Made by a program: the position numbers and the translations under genes
Notes under the pieces: generated by a model
What the model was told of the DNA's origin: nothing
What the model saw: only the letters and a program-made list of their open reading frames with translations
Databases searched by the model: none
Shown here: in pieces, positions 19,771-27,683 of the stretch
Position numbering within the stretch: position 1 is the stretch's first letter
Layout: the number at the start of each line of letters is the position of its first letter
From: an uncultured Spirochaetota bacterium
Lineage (GTDB): Bacteria > Spirochaetota > Spirochaetia > SZUA-6 > Fen-1364
Length of the DNA: 64,000 bases
Assembly (NCBI GenBank): GCA_963734545.1
Contig: CAVTHO010000004.1
Location: 576,001 to 640,000 of the forward strand
Reading direction: 5' to 3'

Positions 19771-21087
19771 TCAGCTCAGGGCTTCGCGGATTGCCCGCGC
19801 GGCCAGCTTGCCGTCCTGCACCGCATCAACCACCAGGGCAGGGCCCCGGACTATGTCTCCGCCTGCAAAAGTAGTCTTCGCGGAGGTCTTCCGTGTCTTC
19901 TCATCCGCGACAATCAGGCCTCGCCGGTCCACCGCGACCATCCCCGACCAGTCGGCGGGATCGGGGCGATTGCCGATTGCCTCTATGGCAAGCTGGGCCT
20001 CGAGGGTCCACTCGGAACCCTTGATTTCGGCAGGCGCTCGGCGCCCGGAGGCATCTGGTTCACCCAGGCGGGTCCGCACGAGGGCAAGTCCCTTCAGCTT
20101 CCCCTGGCCGTCAGCCAGGTACTCTTTCGGCTGGTTGAGAAGAAGGAAATGGACTCCTTCACGGAGAGCGGCAAGGCGCTCCTCTTCCTCCGCCGGCATC
20201 TGGGCAAAGGAGCGGCGGTACACGAGGTAGGCGTCCCTGGCCCCCAGCTTCAGGGCGGACTCCACGCAGTCCATGGCAACGCTTCCTCCGCCGATGACAG
20301 CTACAGCCTTGCCTTCGACCATCCGTGACAGCTTGTCATAAGCCTCTTCCCTCAGCAGGGCGAGAAACTCCACTGAAGTGAGGACGCCTGCTACCTTGTC
20401 GGCTCCGGGGATACGCTCGGCTCCCCAGAGTCCCGGCGCGATGAAGGCTGCCTTGAAGCCTTCATTGAGCAGCTTCTCCGCGCCTTTGGCGCCATCAATA
20501 CGGGTATTGCAGATGAACTTGACGCCAAGGAACTCCAGGTCCGCCAGTTCGTGCGCAAGGAAGCTCCTGTCGAACCGGTAGGCGGGCACACCGTAGCGGA
20601 TGACGCCTCCCGGCTCCCCGCGCTCCTCGAATACCGTCACCTGGAACCCGGACTTGGCCAGCTCAGCGGCGCAGGACAGGCCTGCCGGCCCGGAGCCTAC
20701 AACCGCGACCTTTTCCGGCCGCGCCGCCGGCTTGTCGAATGCCCTGAATCCGGTTTTCCATCCATGCTCGATCAGGGCGCGCTGGATCCTGCCGATCTCT
20801 ATGGGCCTGCCGATGCCGGTGGCGCTGCACTCCTTCTCGCACAACCGGGAGGTCGGACAAAGGACCCCGCATGCCCCGCCGAGGGAGTTGTTCGACTTCA
20901 CCGTGCGGATGGCACCCGTAATGTTGCGCAGGCGAAGCTTGCGGATAAAGGTGCCGGGATCAGTCTCCGCGGGACATCCCTTGGAGCAGGGAGCATCGTG
21001 GCACAGGAGGCAGCGATCTGCCTCGGCCATGGCCTGCCACAGATCGAATCCCTTCTCCATCTGTTGGAAGCGCTCAAGCTGGATCAC
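19771..21087 (-). CDS. preT: Dihydropyrimidine dehydrogenase subunit PreT (GltD-like)
   Basis: GTG at 21087 after AAGGAGG. RCLLCHDAPCSKGCP, GSGPAG, IGGGSVAMD, FAGGD. Confidence 0.9.
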   Translation of the reverse strand: MIQLERFQQMEKGFDLWQAMAEADRCLLCHDAPCSKGCPAETDPGTFIRKLRLRNITGAIRTVKSNNSLGGACGVLCPTSRLCEKECSATGIGRPIEIGRIQRALIEHGWKTGFRAFDKPAARPEKVAVVGSGPAGLSCAAELAKSGFQVTVFEERGEPGGVIRYGVPAYRFDRSFLAHELADLEFLGVKFICNTRIDGAKGAEKLLNEGFKAAFIAPGLWGAERIPGADKVAGVLTSVEFLALLREEAYDKLSRMVEGKAVAVIGGGSVAMDCVESALKLGARDAYLVYRRSFAQMPAEEEERLAALREGVHFLLLNQPKEYLADGQGKLKGLALVRTRLGEPDASGRRAPAEIKGSEWTLEAQLAIEAIGNRPDPADWSGMVAVDRRGLIVADEKTRKTSAKTTFAGGDIVRGPALVVDAVQDGKLAARAIREALS

Positions 21088-21287
21088 TGCGGAGCCTCCT
21101 TGAAAAAAGTATTGGCGTCTGCCGGTTCCGGGGAATTGCTCCCCTGCCGGCACGCGGAAACGACTGCGCTTCTTGAAGAATTTGAATGCCGTCCGCCGGG
21201 ACTGTGTGACCCGCCCACCACGATCCGGCCTGCTGCGCATGCCGCAGGGGGACCAGGCCGCAGCGGTTTGCCGCAGCGGACTCCCGG

Positions 21288-21316
21288 ATTATAGGTCCAG
21301 TTGCTCCATTTGTAAA
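21288..21316 (-). promoter_or_regulatory. Sigma70-like promoter of the preT operon
   Basis: TTTACA-17-TATAAT on the minus strand. Confidence 0.7.
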
Positions 21317-21342
21317 CAAAAATAAACGCGAGCAAAAATGAT

Positions 21343-21372
21343 TTGACGGCTTTTTTCTGTTTGTCCTATAAT
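21343..21372 (+). promoter_or_regulatory. Sigma70-like promoter of the nitrilase gene
   Basis: TTGACG-18-TATAAT, then AAGGAG and ATG at 21391. Confidence 0.7.
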
Positions 21373-21390
21373 CAGCCAAAGGAGACACAC

Positions 21391-22260
21391 ATGCCACGAG
21401 TGATCCGTTGCGGCCTGATCCAGGCCTCGAACCCCACGCACGAGGGCTCCCTCCAGGAAATCAAGGAGAAGATGATCCAGAAGCACATGCCCCTTATCGA
21501 CGAGGCGGGCAAGAAGGGAGTCCAGGTCCTGTGCCTGCAGGAGATATTCCACGGCCCCTATTTCCCGGCGGAGCAGGACATCAAGTGGTACAAGACCGCC
21601 GAACCGGTGCCGGGACCCATCACGGAGAGGATGGCCCCGATTGCGAAGAAGTACCGCATGGTGATGATCCTGCCCGTCTACGAGATGGAGCAGGAGGGCG
21701 TGTACTACAACACCGCGGCGGTGCTCGATGCAGACGGGAAGTACCTCGGGAAGATGCGCAAGGTGCACATTCCCCACACTTATCCCGCCTTCTGGGAGAA
21801 GTTCTATTTCAAGCCCGGCACGATTCCATTCCCCGTCTTCCAGACCGCGTATGCGAAAATCGGGATCTACATCTGCTACGACCGGCATTTTCCAGAGTGC
21901 GCGCGCATCCTGGCACTCAAGGGAGCGGAGATCCTGTTCAACCCTTCCGCCACGACCGAGGGCAAGTCCAAATACCTCTGGGAGCTGGAGCAGCCTGCCC
22001 AGGCGGTGGCAAACGGGGTGTTTATCGGGGCCAACAACAGGGTGGGAGTCGAAAAGCCCTGGGAGTTCGGCAAGTTCTACGGATCGAGCTACTTCGTGGA
22101 TCCGCGCGGGAAGATTCTCGTCAAAGGCTCCGAGGACAAGGACGAGGTGGTAGTGGCAGATCTGGACATGGACCAGATCCGGGAAGTGCGCGACGGCTGG
22201 CAGTTCTTCCGTGACCGCCGCCCCGAGCTGTACACCGAAATCGGACAGCAACTTCCGTAA
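21391..22260 (+). CDS. Nitrilase-family beta-ureidopropionase (N-carbamoyl-beta-alanine amidohydrolase)
   Basis: E-K-C triad in LQEIF, RKVHIP and ICYDRHFPE; also FWEKFYF and FFRDRRPE; lies in the pyrimidine cluster. Confidence 0.88.
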   Translation: MPRVIRCGLIQASNPTHEGSLQEIKEKMIQKHMPLIDEAGKKGVQVLCLQEIFHGPYFPAEQDIKWYKTAEPVPGPITERMAPIAKKYRMVMILPVYEMEQEGVYYNTAAVLDADGKYLGKMRKVHIPHTYPAFWEKFYFKPGTIPFPVFQTAYAKIGIYICYDRHFPECARILALKGAEILFNPSATTEGKSKYLWELEQPAQAVANGVFIGANNRVGVEKPWEFGKFYGSSYFVDPRGKILVKGSEDKDEVVVADLDMDQIREVRDGWQFFRDRRPELYTEIGQQLP

Positions 22261-22279
22261 AGAGACGCCCGTTGTAAGG

Positions 22280-22319
22280 AAATAAAAAAGGCGCCGGGAA
22301 CCCCGGCGCCTTTTTATTT
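22280..22319. terminator. Bidirectional rho-independent terminator
   Basis: A-tract, GGCGCCGGG...CCCGGCGCC stem and T-tract between convergent genes. Confidence 0.9.
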
Positions 22320-22330
22320 CAGAAAGTCTC

Positions 22331-22395
22331 GTGGCTATGGGGCGCCTTCCGTACTTCCCTGTACTCGGCGCCCCTCGCCCTCCATGGCTACGCCT
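22331..22395 (-). ncRNA. Structured 3'-UTR element with GGA-loop hairpins, copy B
   Basis: Homolog of 12731-12798. Starts across the NCS1 stop codon and contains the GTAC-AGGGAA-GTAC hairpin. Confidence 0.55.
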
Positions 22396-23836
22396 GCTTT
22401 TCTTTCAGCGCGCTCGCGAAGATCCACTCCAGCAGGAATGCAATGACAACCGAGAAGTACCAGATCACGCCGCCGGGGAACGGGATCTTCAGCGCCCCGA
22501 TGTTGATGTACGCCATCTGGTTGATGAGCGCCGCGATAACGTAGCAGAGGATCCAGGTAAGGATCAGCGACACGTACGCCGAGACGCTCCACCCGTTGCG
22601 GAACCAGTACTTGCCCGAGCCCTTGGTAAACAGGGCCCCCATGTCGAGCTTCTGTCTATTCACGACCCAGTAGTTGGCGATCATGAGACCCGCAATCGGG
22701 CCCAGCAGGATGCCATAGTTCCCTGCCCACCCCTGGATGTAATTGACATACTGGGGGCCATTGCCGACCGCCCACCAGGGGGCCGCGAAGAAAGCGATGA
22801 CCGAGCCGATGATGATGGCCGGCTTCCAGCGCAGCTTGAAGGTGGACATGAGGATATTGAACAGGGGAATAGAGTTCGCGGTCATGTCCGTGGACCAGGG
22901 TGCAAGGAACGCGAACAGCAGTCCGATGAGGGCGGGAATTATTCCCGGAGCGAACTTGACGATGATATCCTGCGGCAGAATTGTGCCTGTCAGCGCCACC
23001 GCGGTGAATCCGAGCGCGGTTCCCAGCATCTGGCAGAGAACGATTCCGACGAACAGCCCGATGCCGAATGCGCCCTTCTTCTGCGGGTTTATGCCGCGGG
23101 AGATATCCGAAATGTTCAGCGCGACTGTTGCCCACCAGTTCGTTTGAACGGCCAGATACGCCAGGAATGGCAAGGTAAGATAGCCCGCCTTGCTTACCCA
23201 CAGGGTCGGGATATTCGGCTTGAACTCCCCACGGGTGAGCAGGAAAATGACCAGCCAGACGAAATAGACGAGCATGATCGGGCCGGCCCAATTGGCCATT
23301 TTCCCGATTCCCTGCAGCCCGAACAGCATGACCAGAACAAAGGAGCCCAGGTAAACGAGCAGGGCGATCCACAGGTAGCTGATGGAAACCGAGAGCACCT
23401 GGTCCTTGGGAATGCCGGGGATGAGGGAAACAACGATCATGGTCATTGCCAGGGAGCCTGCCCAGGCTTCCACGCCAAACCACACAAGTCCGGAGAGACC
23501 CCTCATGATGACCGGTATGTGCGTGCCGCGGAAACCGAAGGTGGATCTGAGCTGGACAGGGAAGGTGAGCGCGTGCCGCACACCTACCGTGCCGTTCAGC
23601 CACATGACCACTACCGCGGCCAGGTTTCCGACAAGCGAGCCCCAGAGCACCTGCCAGAAGTTCAGCCCGAGTCCCTGTCCGATGGGTCCCAGGAAGAACA
23701 TCGGGATGCAGGTGTTCATGGAGAACATCATGAGCGTCCATGTCCACGTGCCGTACTTCTGGGCGCTGCGTGGAATGGGCATCAGGTCCGGGTTTTCTGT
23801 ATACCCTTTCGGAACCACAGTCACGACGTCTGCCAT
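22388..23836 (-). CDS. NCS1-family nucleobase:cation symporter (uracil/pyrimidine permease)
   Basis: NPDLMP, FPVQLRSTFGFRG, WFGVEAW, ALNISDISR, GPIAGLMIANYW; about 12 TM helices. Confidence 0.9.
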   Translation of the reverse strand: MADVVTVVPKGYTENPDLMPIPRSAQKYGTWTWTLMMFSMNTCIPMFFLGPIGQGLGLNFWQVLWGSLVGNLAAVVVMWLNGTVGVRHALTFPVQLRSTFGFRGTHIPVIMRGLSGLVWFGVEAWAGSLAMTMIVVSLIPGIPKDQVLSVSISYLWIALLVYLGSFVLVMLFGLQGIGKMANWAGPIMLVYFVWLVIFLLTRGEFKPNIPTLWVSKAGYLTLPFLAYLAVQTNWWATVALNISDISRGINPQKKGAFGIGLFVGIVLCQMLGTALGFTAVALTGTILPQDIIVKFAPGIIPALIGLLFAFLAPWSTDMTANSIPLFNILMSTFKLRWKPAIIIGSVIAFFAAPWWAVGNGPQYVNYIQGWAGNYGILLGPIAGLMIANYWVVNRQKLDMGALFTKGSGKYWFRNGWSVSAYVSLILTWILCYVIAALINQMAYINIGALKIPFPGGVIWYFSVVIAFLLEWIFASALKEKQA

Positions 23837-23874
23837 AGTGCCTCCTTCTCATGAAAGGATTAGGTTAGTGTCCC

Positions 23875-23903
23875 ACTATAAAACGGGTTTTTCGGGAAAG
23901 CAA
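23875..23903 (-). promoter_or_regulatory. Sigma70-like promoter of the NCS1 gene
   Basis: TTGCTT-17-TATAGT on the minus strand. Confidence 0.55.
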
Positions 23904-23958
23904 CATTTTTTTTATAAATATCCGATGATGGGGCTCAGCCGTCGGCCTGATGTTTGCA

Positions 23959-23987
23959 TTGACGGGAGGCCTCGTTGGTGGTAATCT
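23959..23987 (+). promoter_or_regulatory. Sigma70-like promoter of mmsA
   Basis: TTGACG-17-TAATCT, RBS AAGGAG. Confidence 0.6.
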
Positions 23988-24017
23988 GGAATCAACCCCC
24001 AGATCAAGGAGATCTAC

Positions 24018-25550
24018 ATGACCCAGACAGCCATAAAACTTAAGTATTTCGCGGGCGGGTGGAAGGAATCTAAGACCACGAAATACATGGATTGTTTCGA
24101 TCCCTCTACGGGCGAAGTGATCGCCCAGGCCCCCCAGTGCACCCCCGCGGAGGTGGAGGAGGCAATCGCGGCCGCAGCCGCAGCTTTTCCCGAGTGGTCG
24201 GACACGCCTCCCAGCAAGCGCGTACAGGTCCTTTTCCGAATGAAGAGCCTGCTGGACAAGCACCTGGATGAGCTGACCATGCTCGTCGCAAAGGAGCACG
24301 GCAAGGTCCTGGACGAGGCAATGGGAGATGCCATCAAGGTGACGGAGCTCGTGGAGTTCGCCTGCGGCATCCCCCACCTGATGAAGGGCCCTGCCATCAT
24401 GAATGCCACGGCGGGCTATGACACCACCCAGTACATGGAGCCCCTCGGCGTTTTCGCCGGTATCGTGCCCTGGAATTTCCCCGCAATGCTGCCCATGGGC
24501 TGGGTTGCGCCCCTCTGCATTGCCACGGGAAACACGCTGGTGCTGAAGCTGGCAAGCTTCGTCCCCCAGTCCGCAATCAGGATCATGGACCTGTGGGAAG
24601 AGGCCGGACTGCCCAAGGGAGTGATCAACCTGGTGACCTGCTCGCGCAATGAAGCGGAGATACTGCTCCGGCACCCCGACATAAAGGGCGTCTGCTTTGT
24701 CGGCTCGACGTCCGTCGGCAAGCACATCTATGCAACGGCAGCGGCAAACGGCAAGCGCGTCCAGGCGCTCACGGAAGCAAAGAATCATGCCCTCGTGCTC
24801 AGGGACGCTGCGCTGGAGCGGACCGCCCGCGGCATCGTGAACTCCGCCTGCGGGTGCGCGGGAGAGCGCTGCATGGCGCTGCCTGTTGTGGTGGTGGAGG
24901 AAGCAATCGCGGACAAGCTGGTGGCAGTGCTGGCAAAGGTGATGTCGGAACTGAAGGTCGGCCCCGCGTATGACAAGACCAGCCAGCTCGGGCCCCTCGT
25001 CAACGCCGAGCATCGGCAGTCTGTCATCAAGTGGATCGAGAAAGGCGTCGAGGAAGGCGCAGAGCTCGTGCTGGACGGCCGCAAGGTGTGCGTCAAAGGG
25101 TATGAAAAGGGCTTCTACCTGGGAGCCACCCTGTTCGACCACGTGAAACCGGGCATGACCATCGGAGACCGTGAGATATTCGGCCCGGTGCTCTGCGTGA
25201 AGCGCGTCAAGGACTTCGAGGAGGGCCTGGCGCTCATGAACAAGAGCGAGTTCGCCAATGGATCGGTGATCTTTACGCAGAACGGCTACTATGCGCGGGA
25301 GTTCTCCAAGAGAACCCACGGCGGCATGGTCGGCGTGAACGTAGGCATACCCGTTCCGCTGGGCATATTCGGGTTCACCGGGCACAAGAACTCGTTCTTC
25401 GGTGACCTGCACACCATGGGCGCCGATGCTGTTCGATTTTTCACGGAGCTCAAGACCGTCACGGCGCACTGGTTCTCCGAAGCGGAAGCTCGGGAAGCCA
25501 AAGTGCTCAATAGCTGGGATGGCATGATGTCGATGCCGGACAAGAAATAG
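24018..25550 (+). CDS. mmsA: CoA-acylating (methyl)malonate-semialdehyde dehydrogenase
   Basis: PWNFP, FVGST, GKRVQA...AKNH, AGERCMA, EIFGPV, GMVGVNVGIPVP. Confidence 0.93.
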   Translation: MTQTAIKLKYFAGGWKESKTTKYMDCFDPSTGEVIAQAPQCTPAEVEEAIAAAAAAFPEWSDTPPSKRVQVLFRMKSLLDKHLDELTMLVAKEHGKVLDEAMGDAIKVTELVEFACGIPHLMKGPAIMNATAGYDTTQYMEPLGVFAGIVPWNFPAMLPMGWVAPLCIATGNTLVLKLASFVPQSAIRIMDLWEEAGLPKGVINLVTCSRNEAEILLRHPDIKGVCFVGSTSVGKHIYATAAANGKRVQALTEAKNHALVLRDAALERTARGIVNSACGCAGERCMALPVVVVEEAIADKLVAVLAKVMSELKVGPAYDKTSQLGPLVNAEHRQSVIKWIEKGVEEGAELVLDGRKVCVKGYEKGFYLGATLFDHVKPGMTIGDREIFGPVLCVKRVKDFEEGLALMNKSEFANGSVIFTQNGYYAREFSKRTHGGMVGVNVGIPVPLGIFGFTGHKNSFFGDLHTMGADAVRFFTELKTVTAHWFSEAEAREAKVLNSWDGMMSMPDKK

Positions 25551-25561
25551 ACGGACCCAAC

Positions 25562-25595
25562 AAGGACGCCCGGCCTCCTCGGCCGGGCGTTCCTT
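25562..25595. terminator. Hairpin terminator between convergent genes
   Basis: AAGGACGCCCGGCC-TCCTC-GGCCGGGCGTTCCTT. Confidence 0.7.
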
Positions 25596-25606
25596 CTCGG
25601 GCTGCC

Positions 25607-26941
25607 TTAGATAATGTAGAACAGGTACAGCAGCAGATTGCAGACGAGCACGACCACAATCATGATCGGATACGACACCTTGCAGTAATATCCCCAGCCT
25701 ATCTTCTTCTCGGTCATCCGTTCGTACGTTGCAACGGCAACCACATTCGCCGAGGCGCCGATAGGTGTGCCGTTTCCGCCGATGTCGGTCCCGAGCGCGG
25801 CGGACCAGACCAGCGGCAGGAGCGAGAATCCAGGCGCGCCGCCCATGTGCTTGAGAATGGGCGCCATGGTAGCGGCGAAAGGAACGTTATCCACAATGGA
25901 AGACCCGAATGCGCCCACCCAGAGGATGATGGACATCGCGACGAAGAAGTTCCCAGCGGAGAGCTCCCTCACCTTGTCGGCGACCATGGTCAGAAGGCCC
26001 ACGTGCTCCATCGCGCCTACGATCAGGAACAGGCCGGCAAAGAAAGCGATCGTGGGGTAGTCGATCTTGTGGAGGACTTTCCCCATTTGCTTCCCGCCCA
26101 GAAGCAGGGCGAGCAGCGCTCCGGTGATGGCGATTGTCGCGACAGAGAGGTGAGTCATGCTGTGCGTGACCAGGGCGGCAACGACATAGAAAATAGCGAT
26201 CAGGCCCACTGCAAAGAGTCTCTTGTCCTGAACGGCACGCGCAGGGTCCAGGGAGTTTACCTGCTGCTCGAGTCGAATCGGATCCTCCCGCAGGTGCCTG
26301 CGAGCCGCGAAAATCTCCTTCCGGAAAAACAAGATGAAGAGAGCGATGCAGACGACAAACCCGATCCAGGCAATGGCGCCGGTATTCTCGACGAAATCAA
26401 GAAACGAAAGGTTGAAGTACGTCCCAAGAATCACATTTGGTGGATCCCCGACCATGGTCGAGGCGCCGCCGATATTGGCTGCGCTGATCTCGGCAAGAAT
26501 CAGCGGGAGCGGATTGATCCCGATGATGGCCGCCACTTCAATGGTGAGGGTGGACATGAAGAGCATGACGGTGATGCTGTCCACGAACGCGGAGAGGAAC
26601 GCCGCAAGGAACGGGAAGAGGATGAAGAGCTTCAGGGGATCCAGCTTGACCCACCGGGCGCTGTGGAGGCCGAGCCATCGGAAGAATCCTGAGAGGCTCA
26701 TGGTTTCTATGATCACCATCATTCCGAACACGAAGAGGATGGTCTCCCAGTTCTCGTAGTGCAGGAGCTCCTTGGGGCCCAGGACGAAGATAAACGCCAG
26801 CACGGCGCCGAGCATTGCCGCGATGGTGCGGTTCACCTTTTCGGAAATGATCAGACCATAGGAGAGGACGAATATCCCCAGCGCGATCCATTGTTGTGTT
26901 GTGATATGATTCCCCCTGCCGAGCCAGGCTGCGCCCCGCAT
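25607..26941 (-). CDS. ArsB/NhaD/SLC13-family (P-protein-like) transporter; true start possibly ATC at 26905
   Basis: SAFVDSIT, ANIGGASTMVGDPPN, SSIVDNVP, GGNGTPIGASANVV. Confidence 0.88.
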   Translation of the reverse strand: MRGAAWLGRGNHITTQQWIALGIFVLSYGLIISEKVNRTIAAMLGAVLAFIFVLGPKELLHYENWETILFVFGMMVIIETMSLSGFFRWLGLHSARWVKLDPLKLFILFPFLAAFLSAFVDSITVMLFMSTLTIEVAAIIGINPLPLILAEISAANIGGASTMVGDPPNVILGTYFNLSFLDFVENTGAIAWIGFVVCIALFILFFRKEIFAARRHLREDPIRLEQQVNSLDPARAVQDKRLFAVGLIAIFYVVAALVTHSMTHLSVATIAITGALLALLLGGKQMGKVLHKIDYPTIAFFAGLFLIVGAMEHVGLLTMVADKVRELSAGNFFVAMSIILWVGAFGSSIVDNVPFAATMAPILKHMGGAPGFSLLPLVWSAALGTDIGGNGTPIGASANVVAVATYERMTEKKIGWGYYCKVSYPIMIVVVLVCNLLLYLFYII

Positions 26942-27020
26942 ATTACAGGAAGTCATTTGCCTTGGCAAATCTTTTTTTCCGAAAATGGTCGTTGACTCGC
27001 CCGGACAACGCAATTAGCTT
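26940..27020. promoter_or_regulatory. Divergent promoters with inverted repeat ATTTGCC-TT-GGCAAAT
   Basis: Minus strand TTGCCA-17-TAATAT (26968-26940); plus strand TTGACT-17-TAGCTT (26992-27020); inverted repeat at 26955-26970. Confidence 0.5.
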
Positions 27021-27041
27021 TGTGCCGGAGATCCAGAAGCC

Positions 27042-27683
27042 ATGAGCTGCCCCCAGTGTATCGGCATTGAAGAGCTTTTCGACAGGAAACTTGCTGCGAA
27101 GGAGCTGAGGCGGTTCCAGCAGAAGGGCGCCCGCGCCACCACCAGGCTTCTTGTCGAAAAGGTCTCGGCGGAAGGAGTGGAGGACCTCACGCTCCTGGAC
27201 ATCGGGGGCGGCGTCGGCGCCGTCCAGGTCGGACTCCTGTCAGCAGGCGCCCGTTCGGCGGTCGACATCGACGCCTCTTCGGCATACCTAGATGCGGCAC
27301 GGGAGGAGGCCGCGCGGCGCGGCTTCGACGGGCGCGTGACGTATCGCCACGGCGACTTCGTCGCGCTTGCCGACAAGGTCGAGGACGCGGATATCGTCAC
27401 CCTGGATCGTGTCATCTGCTGCTACGACGACGCGCGGGCGCTCGTCGAGCTGTCCGCAAGGAAAGCCAGGAGAATTCTCGCCTTTGTCTATCCTCGGGAC
27501 TCCTGGCTCACGAAGCTCATCAATTCATTTCTCAATCTGTTTCGCATCGCGCAGAGATCGGGATTCCGCACCTTTGTACATCCCCGCCCCGTTGTCGAGG
27601 CCGCCGTGCGCGCGGGCGGTCTCGAGCGCCGCGGCAGATACCCGCGCGGCTTCTGGGAGCTCGCCGTGTTCGTGCGGCCCTGA
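27042..27683 (+). CDS. Class I SAM-dependent methyltransferase
   Basis: LLDIGGGVG, DIDAS, HGDF, LDRVICCY. Confidence 0.85.
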   Translation: MSCPQCIGIEELFDRKLAAKELRRFQQKGARATTRLLVEKVSAEGVEDLTLLDIGGGVGAVQVGLLSAGARSAVDIDASSAYLDAAREEAARRGFDGRVTYRHGDFVALADKVEDADIVTLDRVICCYDDARALVELSARKARRILAFVYPRDSWLTKLINSFLNLFRIAQRSGFRTFVHPRPVVEAAVRAGGLERRGRYPRGFWELAVFVRP

